From the human T2T-CHM13v2.0 reference genome, Homo sapiens: a stretch of DNA of 64,000 nucleotides. The stretch lies in assembly GCF_009914755.1 (NCBI RefSeq), contig NC_060932.1; one strand, given 5' to 3'. A program made the position numbers and the translations under genes. Every line of letters begins with the position of its first letter. Positions within the stretch are counted from its first letter, which is position 1. Of the stretch, positions 1 to 12,899 are shown piece by piece. Under the pieces are notes generated by a model, which saw only the letters and a program-made list of their open reading frames with translations, ran no database searches and had not been told where the DNA came from.

Positions 1-115
1 TTGAGAAGTCTGCACCAGTGTCCAGGAGGAAGTCAATTTCCTGGCCCTCAATAGTTAAATGTACCTGGGGCTCAGTGAGGGTGATGATATGAGCTGCTGC
101 TTGCCCTGGGCATCA

Positions 116-1575
116 TCAGTCCTGTTGTTGGATCATCTGGTTGGGGGCTTCTGGCCCAGAGAACCTTTGCCCTCTGGGGCAGTGTGCCTTCCAGTGATTA
201 CCTTAGCATAGTAGACATGGGCAAGGGGGTAGCCTGTTTCTCATGGGACAATCTTTTTCAAAGTGTCCTTGCACACCACACTGATAACAAGCCCTACCAG
301 GTGATTGGCCTGCTCCATTTTCTGTCCTCCCTGAACCACCAATGTTCATTTTTCTGAGGGCCATGACTAAGGTTGCGGCCTTTCTCTGATCTCACTTTTC
401 CTTTTGGGCCTGTTTCTCTTGGTCTCTATAATAGAACACCGCGGTTGCCAGGTTTAATAATGCCTCCAGATTTTGCTCAGGACCCAGGGCTCACTTTTGG
501 AGCTTTCTCCTGATATCTGTGGCTGATTGGGTAATAAACTTATCTTTTAGGATCAATTGACCCTCTAGTGGGTTGGGTGACAGGGGAGTATATTTTCTTA
601 AGGCCTCCCATAACCACTTGAGGAAGACAGAAGGATCTTCTTCCTTTCCCCGAGTTATGGTGGACATCATTGAACAATTCATGGGCTTTTTCCTAATTCT
701 CCTTAGTCCTTCTAGATCACAGGTCAACAGATGTTTGTGACTCCAGTCCCCATGATCTCAGACGAAGTCCCAGTGGGGATCCATACTGGGGATGGCTTGC
801 TGACCGGTAGGGAATTTGTCCCTTTCTTCAGCTGTCATTCTATCATTTACTTGACTAAGATACCAGGCATCTCCAAACTCTTGGGCTGCAGCTAAAACTG
901 CATTCTTTTCATTAAAGGCCAGAGTTTGATCTGACAGTAGCGTGATATCTCTCCAAGTGAGATCGAAGGTTTGCCCTAGACCCTGTAGGACATCTGTGTA
1001 CCTATCAGGATCATCTGAAAACTTCCCCAGGTCTGCCTTGATCTGCTTTAAATCAGAGAGTGAGAAAGGGACATGTACCCAGGTGGGCCAAATTCCCCTC
1101 CTCCTACAGCTTGAAGGGGACATAACCGATAGCCCAGAGGTTTTTGTGGTCCTTTGGAGATTTCTTTGCTGGTTTCCTTCTGAGCTGGGGAGATTAGAGG
1201 AGGCTTATCATTAATAGGAAAGAGAGCTATTGGGAGGCTAGGATATGGGGGTAAGCTGAGAGGTCCTCCTGTGGGATGTAAATTGCAAGCTTTGCATAGT
1301 TGTGTATTCTCCTTCAATGAAAAGGAAGCTTGGACATAAGTTATTTCACTCCATTTGCCTTCCCTCTTACAGAAAAGGTCAAGCTGCAGGATAGTATTGT
1401 AATTTATACTTCCCTCAAGTGGCCATTTTTCACCATCAGAGAGAGAATACTGGGGCCAGGCTATAGCACAGAAAAAAATGAGCTGCCTCTTTTTCAGTGT
1501 TTATGGGTCAAATTGGTCCCAATGGCTTGGGATGCATTTCAAGTGTGAGCCTGTTGATGCCTGAGTGTTTCCCAT
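116..1575 (-). pseudogene. gag: HERV9 gag, disrupted
   Basis: ATG at 1575 (MGNTQAS). Fragments lie in different frames at 1048-1317, 758-1123 and 491-727; zinc-knuckle coding sequence near 140-290; frameshifts and stops. Confidence 0.88.
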
Positions 1576-2813
1576 CTGAAAGACAAAACTGCCCATGGTT
1601 TTGGTTTGTTTGTTTCTCCCCCTGCCCAAGAACCCACAACAGTCCCTGGACCCTACTGATTGGAATAGTTGCACTCACCAATGCAGCAACAGAAACACCT
1701 CTTGCCCAAGAACCTGCAACGGTCCCTGGACCCTGCTGATCAGAATAGTTGCACTCACCGATGCATCAGCAGAAACACTAGTTTTCCTCCTAGACCACAA
1801 GGAGGATCAAGAAAAATCAGATTTAGTGGTCCTTCCTGATGCATTCTCAAAAACCTGCACCCTTGCCTGTCCTCCTAGACTTGAAAGAGAATCGAGAAAA
1901 ATCGGATTTAGTGGCCCTTACTGACACATTCTTGAAAGCCTGTTAGAGTCCTAAGCACTCTCCTGTTAGTATTGGAACTTTACTACTGTCCTATAAAGAT
2001 GTTATGCTCCAAAAATGAAGTGGAGGGTCATATCCTGAGGGAGGGAAGGGATCTCCAGAGTTGGAAGAGTGATGCTTTTTGTCCTCACTTATATGAATAG
2101 GAAAGATACCATTTACGACGCTCCCCATATCCTAGCTTCAGGAATAGCTTTTGTTAGGCCTGCTAGTCTGAGGAGGGATCATAAAATTCCAGATAGGATA
2201 GTCCACCACCCCCGACGGGGCTTTGGGCAATAATTATGTCTTTCTGATTGGTGAGCCCGGGTCCCTAAAGAAGGGAATAGAGTCTTGCAGTTTATACTAA
2301 AAATCATTCTTATAGGAGAAACTAGAAAAGCACCAGAGACAGGCAGTGGTTTTTAGAAGCGGGACTAGCCTCAGAGAAGAGGCAGGAAGAAGTTTGTCTA
2401 ACAGGCATTAGGACCCAGGAGGCAAGGGTCAGGATATATAGGATAGATGGTGAGACTTGCTTGGGCGACATGACTTTGAGAGTTCTGTTCATGGCCACAG
2501 GGTCAACCAACTTGTTGTTGGGACCCTGGAGCTGAATGGCTTTCCTCTCTGTCAACCCTCAGCTCAGCCCAGAAGTATAGGAAAAGCAGAAGCTGGTTCC
2601 AGGCAAACCAACGCTCCCAACTCTGAAGAGTTGGGTGTTGAGAGCCCTTTCCCAGAAAGCCTGACACCCATGTCATTAGTCCGGCAGCCATGCTAGTCGC
2701 TTTTAACTGACCAACAGGTGCCTGGTATTTAGCCCCCAAATTCTAAGGAAAAATAGGACAGAATAGCAAGCAAAAGGGGTCCGATGGTACTCACTGCTTG
2801 GCAATAGTCAACT

Positions 2814-2831
2814 GTCCCTTCATGGTCACCA
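2814..2831 (-). other. Primer binding site, tRNA-Arg type
   Basis: Minus strand TGGTGACCATGAAGGGAC, 3 nt after the LTR end. It matches TGGCGACCACGAAGGGAC (complement of the tRNA-Arg(TCG) 3' end) apart from two CpG-type transitions. Confidence 0.85.
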
Positions 2832-2834
2832 AAA

Positions 2835-3647
2835 TGTGTCCGGAACTGGTTCCTTCTGGTGGGTTCTTGGTCTCGCTGACATCAAGAATGAAGCTGTGTA
2901 CCCTTGCAGTGAGTGTTACAGCTCTTAAAGGTGGTGTGTCCAGAGTTTGTTCCTTCAGATGTGTCTGGAGTTTCTTCCTTCTGCTGGGTTCATGGTCTCA
3001 CTTGACTTCAGGAGTGAAGCCACAGACCTTCACAGTGAGTGTTACAGCTCTTAAAGGTCGTGTGTCCGGAGTTGTTTGTTCCTCCCAGTGGGCTCGTGGT
3101 CTTGCTGACTTCAGAAGTAAAGCCACAGACCTTCGCAGCAAGTGTTGCAGCTCATAAAGGCAGTGTGGACCCAAAGAGTGAGCAGCAGCAAGATTTATTG
3201 TGAAGAGCGAAAGTTCAAAGCTTCCACAGCATGGAAGGGGACCTGAGCAGGTTGCCACTGCTAGCTCGGGTGGCCAGCTTTTATTCCCTTATTTGGCCCT
3301 GCCCACTTCCTGCTGATTGGTCCATTTTACAGAGCGCTGGCTGGTCCATTTTACAGAATGCTGAGTGGTGCATTTTTACAGAGTGCTGATTGGTGCATTT
3401 ACAAACCTTTAGCTAGACACAGCATGCTGATTGGTGCATTTTTACTGAGTGTTGATTGGTGCATTTACAAACCTTTAGCTAAACACAGAGCACTGATTGG
3501 TGTGTTTTTACAGAGTGCTGATTGGTGCGTTTACAAACCTTTACCTAGACACAGAGCACTGATTGGTGTGTTTACAATCCTCTAGCTAGACAGAAAGGTT
3601 CTCCAAGTCCCCACCTGACCCAGAAGCCCAGCCAGCTTCACCTCACA
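2835..3647 (-). promoter_or_regulatory. LTR12-family 5' LTR of the left HERV9 provirus
   Basis: Minus strand starts TGTGAGGTGAAGCTGGCTGGGCTTCTGGG and ends GACACA. It has tandem CCAATCAGC (NF-Y box) repeats, the GGGAATAAAAGC promoter motif and R-U5 repeats. Confidence 0.92.
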
Positions 3648-3885
3648 ATGTCATCATGGCTCATGGTAGCCTCAAACTCCTGGCCTCAAGCAACACTCCC
3701 ACCTCACCCTCCTGAGTAGCTGGGACTACAGGTGCATGCCACCACACCTGGATAATTTTAGTTTTTGTAGAGATAAAGACTCAATATGTTGCCCAGGCTT
3801 GTCTTGAAATCCTGGCCCCAAGCAATCCTCTGACCTTGACCTCCCAAAGTGCTGAGATTACAGGCATGAGCCACCATGTCCTGCC
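3648..3885 (-). mobile_element. Old Alu (AluJ-like), cut by the HERV9 LTR
   Basis: Antisense Alu motifs (GAGTAGCTGGGACTACAGG, CCTCCCAAAGTGCTGAGATTACAGGCATGAGCCACC). It begins abruptly at the LTR boundary and lacks its 3' end and tail. Confidence 0.85.
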
Positions 3886-4323
3886 TACAGCTTACATTTT
3901 CAATTGTTTTCTCATCTCTTATTTTAAAACATAAATTTCAGGTAGATAAATAAAAAATATAGAGTTTTAATATAAAAATAATTACAGACACTTTGGAAAA
4001 TCTAATTAGGAGAAAACCACTTACACTTATTTACTTATTTAGTCACTATTAGCAACCTGAAAGCTTTTTTCTATATGTCTTTCCCAACAATAGTTTATAT
4101 TGCTTGAATAACACTTTAACAAAATTTTATAATATTTTTGTCACTTCACATAGCATCTTTATAAACATCATGTTTAATAATCTAATTATACTCCATCATA
4201 AGTGTATACCATAGTTGCTTAATTATTCCCCTACTGTTGAATATTTTGATAGTTTCCTATTTTATTTTAGGCGGGTCAAAAATCTTCCTGTATATAAATT
4301 TTCCCACAGTTTCCATTATTACC

Positions 4324-4946
4324 TGTTAATCAAAAATATAATTCTAAGCTCCCCAATCGTCTGAATCGGCCCCTTCTGTCAGCAAAGCATTCCAAAGTTA
4401 ACCTAAGAAACTAGTTCAGGCCATGCTGGGAAGGGGGAGCCAGACATGCCTCATGATACCCTCCTCCACTTTGGAATTACTGACAGAACAGACTCTTTAA
4501 GTCTGATAAGAAACATTTACAATCTATTTTCTCTGAAGCCTGCTACCTGGCAGCTTCAACTACATGATAAAACCTTGATCTCCACAACCCCTGTTTTAAC
4601 TCAGACATTCCTTTTTATTGATAATAACTCTTTCAACCAATTGCCAGTAAAAAAAACTTTTAAATCTACCTGTGACCTGGAAGCTGCACTTACAGTTATC
4701 CTGCCTTTCTGGACTGAACCAATGAACATCTTAAATGTATTGATTGATGTCTCATGTCACCTTCAAATGTACAAAACTAAGCTGTACCCCAACCACCCTG
4801 GGCACATGTCGTCAGGACCTCCTTGGGCATTTAATCACTATTAGCAATCTGAAGGCTTTTTTCTATACTTGGCAAAGTATAGAAAACCTTGGCAAAATTA
4901 ACGTTCTAAATTGATTGAGACCTGTCTCAGATACTTTTGGTTTACA
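4324..4946 (+). mobile_element. MER4-family solo LTR (ERV1)
   Basis: TGT...TTTACA termini with a near-perfect 4-bp TSD (TACC/TATC). MER4-like motifs CATTCCAAAGTTAACCT, AACTAGTTCAGGCCATG and GAGACCTGTCTCAGATACTTT. Confidence 0.8.
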
Positions 4947-5329
4947 TATCTAAGGATAAATTCCCAGAGGTAAAACTGGAGTGACAATGGGCTTTAATAT
5001 TTTAGTGACTTTTGATAGTATAAATTGCAAAACTGCTTTCCTAAATAGTTGTATCACTTTATTAAATCTCTGTGTTGCTCTGCTCCCTACAGGAAACTTG
5101 AAATGCACACCAGCTCAGAGCAACGTCCAAGGGATCCAAGTGTGGTTAAGATTATGCCAAGGTATTTTATGTATTGTACCTACAATGAAGTTATTTCTCT
5201 TAACTTCTACTGTGTTTTCTAGTTAGTCATTCCTGACATATGATAATGAATTCGATGTTTATATATTAATCATTTTGTTTATCTCTCATATTACTTTTCA
5301 TTTTCAATTGATTGCTTTGATGTTTCTAG

Positions 5330-5960
5330 TCATAAAATATTTTCAACTAGAAAATAATTCTTTTCCTTCTAAAATGGTTATACTTATTTCTGTTCCATGT
5401 CTTATTGTAAAAGATAGAGCTTCCAAGCTAATGTTTGAAGAACAATGATGAGTGACCATCTTTAGTTTGTTCCTGATTTTAATTGTAATTTCTCTGAAAA
5501 CTCTGCCTTGCATTTAATTTTGACATTGTTATAGAAAGTATATTTCTGTTCCAACTTTCTCTGTCATTTTTATCAGGATTGGGTGTTGAATTTTAGAAGT
5601 TGTCTTTTCATTGTTTATTGACATGATTATATGTTTTGCTTATATTGAGTCATCATTACAGTCTTCTGTTAGTCATGTTTATAGGAGACAGTTTTGCCTC
5701 TGTATTTTAATATGCAATGGAATCATATTTACTAATAATTTATGTAGGTGTTTCCAGAATTTATTTATGCATCAACATTTTTGTTTTTGTAGAATAAAAG
5801 TAATTTCTCATCTCTTTCTACATTATGAAACAGTTTTATGGCAGGAAATAATTTATCCCCTAAATATTTGAAATAATTTGCCAAGAAAATTTTCTGTGCC
5901 TAGAGACTTTTGAACAATAATTCCTTGCTAAGTTGACTTCATCTATGATGATTGGTTTAT
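5330..5960 (-). mobile_element. Highly degraded old L1 (L1M) ORF2 fragment
   Basis: T-rich antisense L1-like phrases (CTTTAGTTTGTTCCTGATTTT, GGGTGTTGAATTTT). Boundaries approximate. Confidence 0.5.
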
Positions 5961-6340
5961 TTAGAGAGGTAAATAAAAAGGGTATCAAAAAATAATAAGT
6001 AGAATAAATGAAACCAAATCCTGGTTCTTTAAAAAAAGACTAAAAAATTAACCAAATTTTAGCCAGACTAAGAAAATAAGGAAAAGATGCAAATAATTAA
6101 AATTAGAAATAAAAGTAGAGACATTACTACCAACTTTACAGAAATAAAAAGGGTTATAAGAGAACACTATGAAAAATTGTATGCCAACAAATAAGTTAAC
6201 CTAGATGAAATGGATATATTCCTAAAAAGACACAAATTACCTAAACTGACTCAAGAAGCAATAAAAAACCTGGACAAACTTAAAAGATTGAATAAAAGAC
6301 CTCACAACAGATAAAAGACCGTGAGCAGATGGCTTCACTT

Positions 6341-7393
6341 AGAAATTCTACCAAACATTAAAAAAATTGATTTTAATCTTTTCCAGGTTCTTACTTAAAT
6401 AGAAGAGGAGGAAATACGACCTAATTCAGTCTATGAGGTCACTATTACCCTGATGCCAAAACTAGACAGAGACATCACACAGACACATGAAAAAATGCTC
6501 ATCATCACTGGTCATCAGAGAAATGCAAATCAAAACCACAATGAGATACCATCTCAAACCAGTTAGAATGGTGATCATTATAAAGTCAAGAAACAACAGG
6601 TGCTGGAGAGGATGTGGAGAAATAGGAACAGTTTTACACTGTTGGTGGGACTGTAAACTAGTTCAACCACTGTGGAAGACAATGTGGCAATTCCTCAAGG
6701 ATCTAGAACTAGAAATACCATTTGACCCAGCCATCCCATTACTGGGCATATACCCAAAGGATTATAAATCATGCTGCTATAAAGACACATGCACGCATGT
6801 GTTTATTGTGGCACTATTCACAATAGCAAAGACTTGGAACCAACCCAAATGTCCATCAACGATAGACTGGATTAAGAAAATGTGGCACATATACACCATG
6901 GAATACTATGCAGCCATAAAAAATGATGAGTTCATGTCCTTTGCAGGGACATGGATGAAGCTGGGAACCATAATTCTGAATAAACTATCACAAGGACAGA
7001 AAACCAAACACCGCATGTTCTCACTCATCGGTGGGAATTGAACAATGAGAACACGTGGACACAGGGTGGGGAACATCACACACTGGGGCCTGTCATGGAG
7101 TAGGGGGAGGGGGAGGGATTGCATTAGGAGATATAACTAATGTAAATGACGAGTTAACGGGTGCAGCACACCAACGTGGCACATGTATACATATGTAACA
7201 AATCTGCATGTTGTGCACATGTACCCTAGAACTTAAAGTATAATAATAAAAAAAAGAAATTCTACCAAACATTAAAAAGTTTGATTTTAATCTTTTCCGA
7301 ATTCTTACTTAAATAGAAGAGGAGGAAACACTTCCTAATTCGTTCTATGAGTTCACTATTACCCTGATGCCAAAACTAGACAGAGACATCACA
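6341..7393 (+). repeat. 139-bp direct duplication flanking the L1PA (6341-6479 and 7255-7393)
   Basis: AGAAATTCTACCAAAC...CTAGACAGAGACATCACA occurs on both sides of the L1PA; about 11 mismatches by eye. Confidence 0.92.
6480..7254 (+). mobile_element. 5'-truncated L1PA (about L1PA5-7) 3' fragment
   Basis: ORF2 C-terminus (ORF 6487-7041, [10 protein letters not shown]...HCWWDC), G-rich 3' UTR and poly(A) tail. Confidence 0.95.
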
Positions 7394-9949
7394 AGAAAAG
7401 AAAACTTCAGACCAATATGTCTGATGAATATGAACATAAAACACTACAACAAAATACCAGAAAACTAAATCAAACAATATGCTAAAAGGCTTACACACCA
7501 GGATCATGTGGGATTTATCCCAGTAATGTAAGGGTGTATCAATATAAGAAAATCAATCAATGTAATGCATCAAGTTGATAGACCAAGTAGAAAACACATG
7601 ATCATCTCAATTGATGCAGAAAAATGTCTGACAAAATCAAATACTATTTCATGATTTTTAAAAAACATTCAGAAACTAGAAATAAAAGGGAAATTCCTCA
7701 ACATGTCTAAGGGTATTTATGAAAAACCCACAGCTAACATCATACTCAATGATCAGACTGACAGTTTTTCCCCGAAAGATAAGGATGCTTGCTTTTACCC
7801 CAGCTATACTGCATTATACTGTAAGTTCTAGCCAGAGTAAATAGGCAGGAAAAATAAATGAAAGACATACAAATTGGAAAAGAAGAACTAAAACTATCTC
7901 TATTTGCAGATGACATTTCTATGTATAGAAAATACTAAAGAATCCACAAGAAAAACTGGAGTTAAGAAATTCAGCAAAGCTGCAGTGTGCATGAACAATA
8001 CTCAAAACTTAATTGTGTTTCTATGCAGCAGAAATGAAAAATCCATAAGGAAACTAAGAAAAAAAGTACATTTACAATCACATCCAAGAGAATAGATATC
8101 TAAAAAATAAAAATAAACAAGGCTGTGAGAGACTTATACATTGAAAACAGCAAAAATGTAAAAGAAATAAAAGGCGATCTTAATAAATGGAAAACATCTC
8201 AATCCAGGGGTTGGAATAGTAAATATTGTTAATATGGCAATACTTTCCAAAGTGATCTAGAGAATTAATGCAATTCTTATCAAAATTCCAACAGCCTTTT
8301 TTGAAAAAACAGAAAACTTGATCTTCAAATGCCTATGGAATTTCAGAAAGCTCCAAATAGCAAAAGCAATATTGTAAAAAAGAACAAAGTTGGAAAACTC
8401 ACACTTCCTGATTTCAAAACGTATTTCTAAGCTACAGTAATAAAAACAGTGGGATTTGGGCCTAAGGAAATGGAATCAAAAGTCCATAAATAAATCCATA
8501 TATCTATGGTCAACTGGTTTTTTTACAAAAATGCCCAGACCACCTAATGGAGAAAGAAGAGTCTCTTCAACAAATGGTGCTGAGTCCACTGCATATTCAC
8601 ACACAAAACAATGAAGGTGGACCCCTAACTCATACCATATGCAAAACTTAACTCGAAATGGATCAATGACCTAAATGTAAGAGCTAAAACCATAAGGGAA
8701 ATAGAGGAGTAAATCTTCATAGCCTTGGATTTGACAATAGATTCTTAGATATGACATCAAAAGCATTAGCAGCAAAAAAGTAAATAAATAAATTAAATTT
8801 CATTAAAATTAAAACCTTTCATGAAAGACATTACCAAGAAAGTGAGAAGAAAAACTACAGAATGGTTGGAAGTGTTTGCAAATCATTTATCTAATAAGGG
8901 TCTAATATCCCAAGTATATAAAGAACTCCTACAACTCAGCAAGATAAAAAGACAACCTAAATTCAGAACTGAGTAAAGGGCTTGAAGACTTCTATCCAAA
9001 GAAGATATACAAATGGCCAATAAGTACATGTAAAGATGCTCAACAACATTAATCATTAGTAAAATTCAAATTAAAACCATAACTTGATACCACTTCACAA
9101 CAACTAGGGTGACTATAATTTGTGTTAAATGGAAAATAATAGTAAGGATGTGGAGAAATTGAAACACTTGTAAATTGCTGATGCTGGAAATGTAACATGG
9201 TACAGCTGTTTTAGAAAACAGTTTGAAAGTTCTTTTAAAAATTAAATGCAGAATTACTGTATGGCCCAGAAATTCCAATCCTAAGTATACACCCCAAAAA
9301 ATTGAAAACAGAGACTCAAACAGATGTGTGTACATCCATGTTCACAGCAGCATTATTTACAATGGTCAAAAGAGAGAAACAACTCAACTATACATCAATA
9401 GGTAATGGATAAACATACTGCGATATATACATACAATGGAATATTATTCAGCCATAAAGTGAATGATGTGCTGCCATATGCTGCAATGTGGATGAACCTT
9501 GAAAACATTATGTGAAAAAATTCAGACACAAAAGATCACATATTATAGCATTACATTTCTATGAAATATCAAAAATAGGCAAATCCATAAAGACAGAAAG
9601 CTGATTGGTAGTAGCCAGTAGCTGGGAGGAGAGAGAAATCTGGGGAGTCACTGCCTAATGAGCATAACATTTTCTTTGGGGATGATGAAAATTATTTTGA
9701 ACTAGATAGTGGTGGTGGTTGCACAGGATTATGAATGCAGTAAATGTCATTGAATTGTTTACTTTAAAATGCATAATTTTATATTATATGAATTTCAGCT
9801 TTATTGAGTTTTTAAAATGTCTAGAACAATGACAGTTTTCAAAATAGAAGATTTGTTGTGGGGGGAACATTTTGAAAGCAATACTTTTTTTAACCTATGG
9901 CAGACATTTTCTCTTTTTTCACTATCTTTTTCTGCCTTGTTTGTAAAAT

Positions 9950-11820
9950 ATTAGATATGTTTTTTGCAAATATTTCTCCAAGTTTTTGTCTTATGTTCCT
10001 TAATTATACCTTTAGAAAGAATTAAAGTTTTTAATTTGATGAGGTTTAATGTATTACTTTGTTTTTGTTGTTGTATTTATGAAATATATGTCAAACACAA
10101 AATTACTTATATACTTTTAAATGTTTTCTTCTAGAAGTTTTATAGAATTAACTTTTACTTTTAAGTCTGTAATTCATTTTAGTTAATTTTGTGTATGGAT
10201 TGAAATAAGGTTATAAGATAAATTTTTTGCATATAGATGTCCAATTGTAGTGTATCATTTGTTTAAAATAATTACCTCAGCAACTTTGCTAAAACTCAAT
10301 TGATTATAAATATGTGAGTTTGTTTCTGTGTTCTCTATTCTGACTCACTGATCTTTATGTCTGCCCTTACATTTATGCCTACACACTCTTTTTCCTTAGC
10401 TTTATAGTAGGTTTTGAAATTAGGTCACATGAGAACTTCAACTTTGTTCTTTTATTCAAAATTTTTGGGTATTCTGGATCATTTACATTTCCAAATATGT
10501 TTGGGGATTAGGTTTCAAATTCTACAAAGGCATGCTAAGATTTTGACAGAGATTGCATTGACTCTTTAGGTAAATTTGCAAAGAATTATCATCTTTTACA
10601 TATTAAGTCTTTTAACCCATGGCATGGACAATTTCTTCATTTATACAGGTATTCTTCAATTTTTATCAACAATGTTTCATTGTTTTCAGTGTACAAGTCT
10701 TACGTTTCCTTGTTTAAATTTTTTTCTAAGTATTTCACTTTTTAAAATGCTATTGTGAATACAATTGTCTTCTTAATTTTAATGTTCAGATTATTTTTTG
10801 CTAATACTATGAATACAACTGATTTTGCCTACTGATCTTGTATCCTGCATCCTAGGTAAATTTGGTTGGTTTTTTTTTTTTTTTATGTAATGGGTTTTGT
10901 TGCTGTTATTATAAATTCCTTTGGATTTTCTCCACACAAGATGATGTTGTCTGTGAAGAATGAGTTACTGATTCCTTTTCAACCTAGAAATTCCCTTTTT
11001 GTCCTTACTGTACTGGCTAAAACCTCCAATACAAAGTTAATAAATGTGGTTGATGCTGACATCATTTTCTTGCTCCCCAGTCTTAGAAGAAAGCCTTTAT
11101 TCTGCAACATTTCCTACCATCTTAGTTGTAGGCTTTTTGTAGCTACATTGTCAGGCATCTCTCTTCTGTTTCTAGTTCACTGAGATTTTTTTATCATAAA
11201 TAGATATTCAATTATATACAGTTTTTCTGCATCAATTGAAATAATCGTTGGTTTTTAAATGATTAATTTATGTTTAATTTTTAGTTTAAGTTTAAATTAA
11301 TATTTAGTTGGTGTTTGTTTTGTTTTAAATTATTTTTCTTAACTGATTTTTTGAATGTAAAGTCAACTTTCCATTCTCAGAACAAACTCCACTTTGTTGT
11401 GGTATATAATCATCTTAGTCTGCTTTGTGTTGCTATAACAGAATATCACAAACAGTAATATATAAAGAAAAAATACTTCCCACAGTTCTGGAGGTGGGGA
11501 AGTCCAATATCAAGATTTCAGCATCTGGCTAGGGCCTTTGTGCTATGTCATCCCATAGGAGAAATCAGAAGGACAAGTGAGGTTAAGAGCAAGGGAGGGT
11601 TGAACTCATTTTTATAACAACCCACTCCCACAATAACTAACCCACTCCTATGATAACAGCAATCCATGCATGGGGGCAGAGCATTCATAGACTAATCACC
11701 TCTTAACAGTCCCACTCTTAATACCATTACAGTGGCAATTCAATTTCAACATGAGTTTTCAAGGGGAAAGTCAAACCATAGCAATAATCTTTTTTTAATG
11801 TTGCTGAATTTGGTTTGCTA
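9950..11820 (-). mobile_element. Old L1M ORF2 fragment, interrupted by a MaLR LTR
   Basis: T-rich antisense L1 ORF2 phrases. The L1 sequence resumes after the LTR at about 11785 (GCTGAATTTGGTTTGCTAATA). Confidence 0.7.
11411..11783 (-). mobile_element. MaLR solo LTR (MST-like)
   Basis: TCTTAGTC...GTTGCTATAACAGAATA...CAAACCATAGCA is the reverse complement of an MST LTR. Confidence 0.8.
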
Positions 11821-11824
11821 ATAA

Positions 11825-12840
11825 AACAGAATCCAGAGTGGCTTCAATATACAAAATAAAATATCCAGTTTTCAGCCAAAACCTGAGGCATGCAAAGAAA
11901 TGGAAATATGACCATACTCAGGGAAAACCAGCAGCCAATAGAAAATTACTTTGAATTGGCCCAGATGTTTGATTTGGCAAAGAGAGTCTTCAAAGCAACT
12001 GTTATTAAAATGTTTAAAGAATGAAAAATGAAACAGAATGATAATAACCCAATAACAGCAATTCTTAATGAAGAGCTAAACATTATAAAAGAGAACCAAA
12101 TACATATTCTAAGCTAAAAAGTTCAAAACCAAAATGAAAATTCACTAGTTGAGCTCAACAACAGATTTGAGATATCAGAATACACTGAAATAAAAGTGGG
12201 CAGTGGAATATCTAATTTGAAAAATGGGAAGGAAAAAGGCTGAAGAATAATGAACAGAGACTCGGAGACCTATGGATAACATCAAATTCATCAATATATA
12301 CGTAATTGGTGTCCCGGGAGGAGAGGAGGGACAGTAAGGAGCAGAAAAGTACTTGAAGAATTAAGAATTGAAAGTACCCAAAATTAATGAGAAACATTAA
12401 CAGAAAAATCTAAGAAGCTCAACAAACCAGAAGCAAGATATACACAAACACAAATAGAATCACTCCTAATCACATCCAATGAAGCTGGTGAAAGTCCAAA
12501 GAAAATTCTGACAGTAAGTAATTACATACAAGGTAAATACAATATGATTAACAGTTGACTTCTTGTCAGAAACAGTGGGACCAAAAGGCAGTGAAATGAC
12601 ATATTCAAAGTGTGGAAAGAATGTCAATAAGTAATTCCAGATCCAGTACAACTATTTTTCAAAATAAAGGTGAAATAAAGGAATCCGAAGATAAACAAAA
12701 AATGAGAGAATCCATTGCAAGTAGACCTTCCATACAAAATATATTAAAGTAAGTCCTTCAGACAGCAAGAAAATGTTACTAGACAGGAACTTGGCTGCAG
12801 TTTACCACCAGAAATCCTAAGTATATGGGTAAATATAAAA
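11825..12840 (+). mobile_element. Old L1 (L1M) ORF1-region fragment
   Basis: Degenerate ORF1 phrases (GAGCTCAACAACAGATTTGA, GACTTCTTGTCAGAAACAGTGG). Confidence 0.65.
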
Positions 12841-12862
12841 TTATTCGTGCTTCTGTGAGTGT

Positions 12863-12864
<2 letters not shown>

Positions 12865-12898
<34 letters not shown>
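12865..12898. repeat. (GT)n microsatellite
   Basis: About 17 perfect GT units. Confidence 0.97.

Positions 12899-12899
<1 letters not shown>

Larger units (their letters stand above)
1..3647 (-). mobile_element. HERV9 (ERV9/LTR12) provirus, 5' part (5' LTR, leader, gag, start of pro); continues beyond the left edge of the window
   Basis: The minus strand reads LTR12, then a tRNA-Arg PBS, leader, gag ([35 protein letters not shown]) and pro (DFLLDTGA). It is colinear with the plus-strand copy at 19768-29624. Confidence 0.93.
5965..9800 (+). mobile_element. Old L1 (L1MB/L1MA-like) ORF2 and 3' UTR, interrupted by an L1PA insertion
   Basis: A-rich degenerate ORF2, including the RT FADD region at about 7903 (TTTGCAGATGACAT), and a mammalian-wide L1 3' end (GAACTAGATAGTGGTGGTGGTTGCACA). 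Confidence 0.85.

Noticed and set aside
6487-7041. 184-aa ORF as a host gene
   Set aside because: It is the L1 ORF2p C-terminal fragment of a 5'-truncated element.
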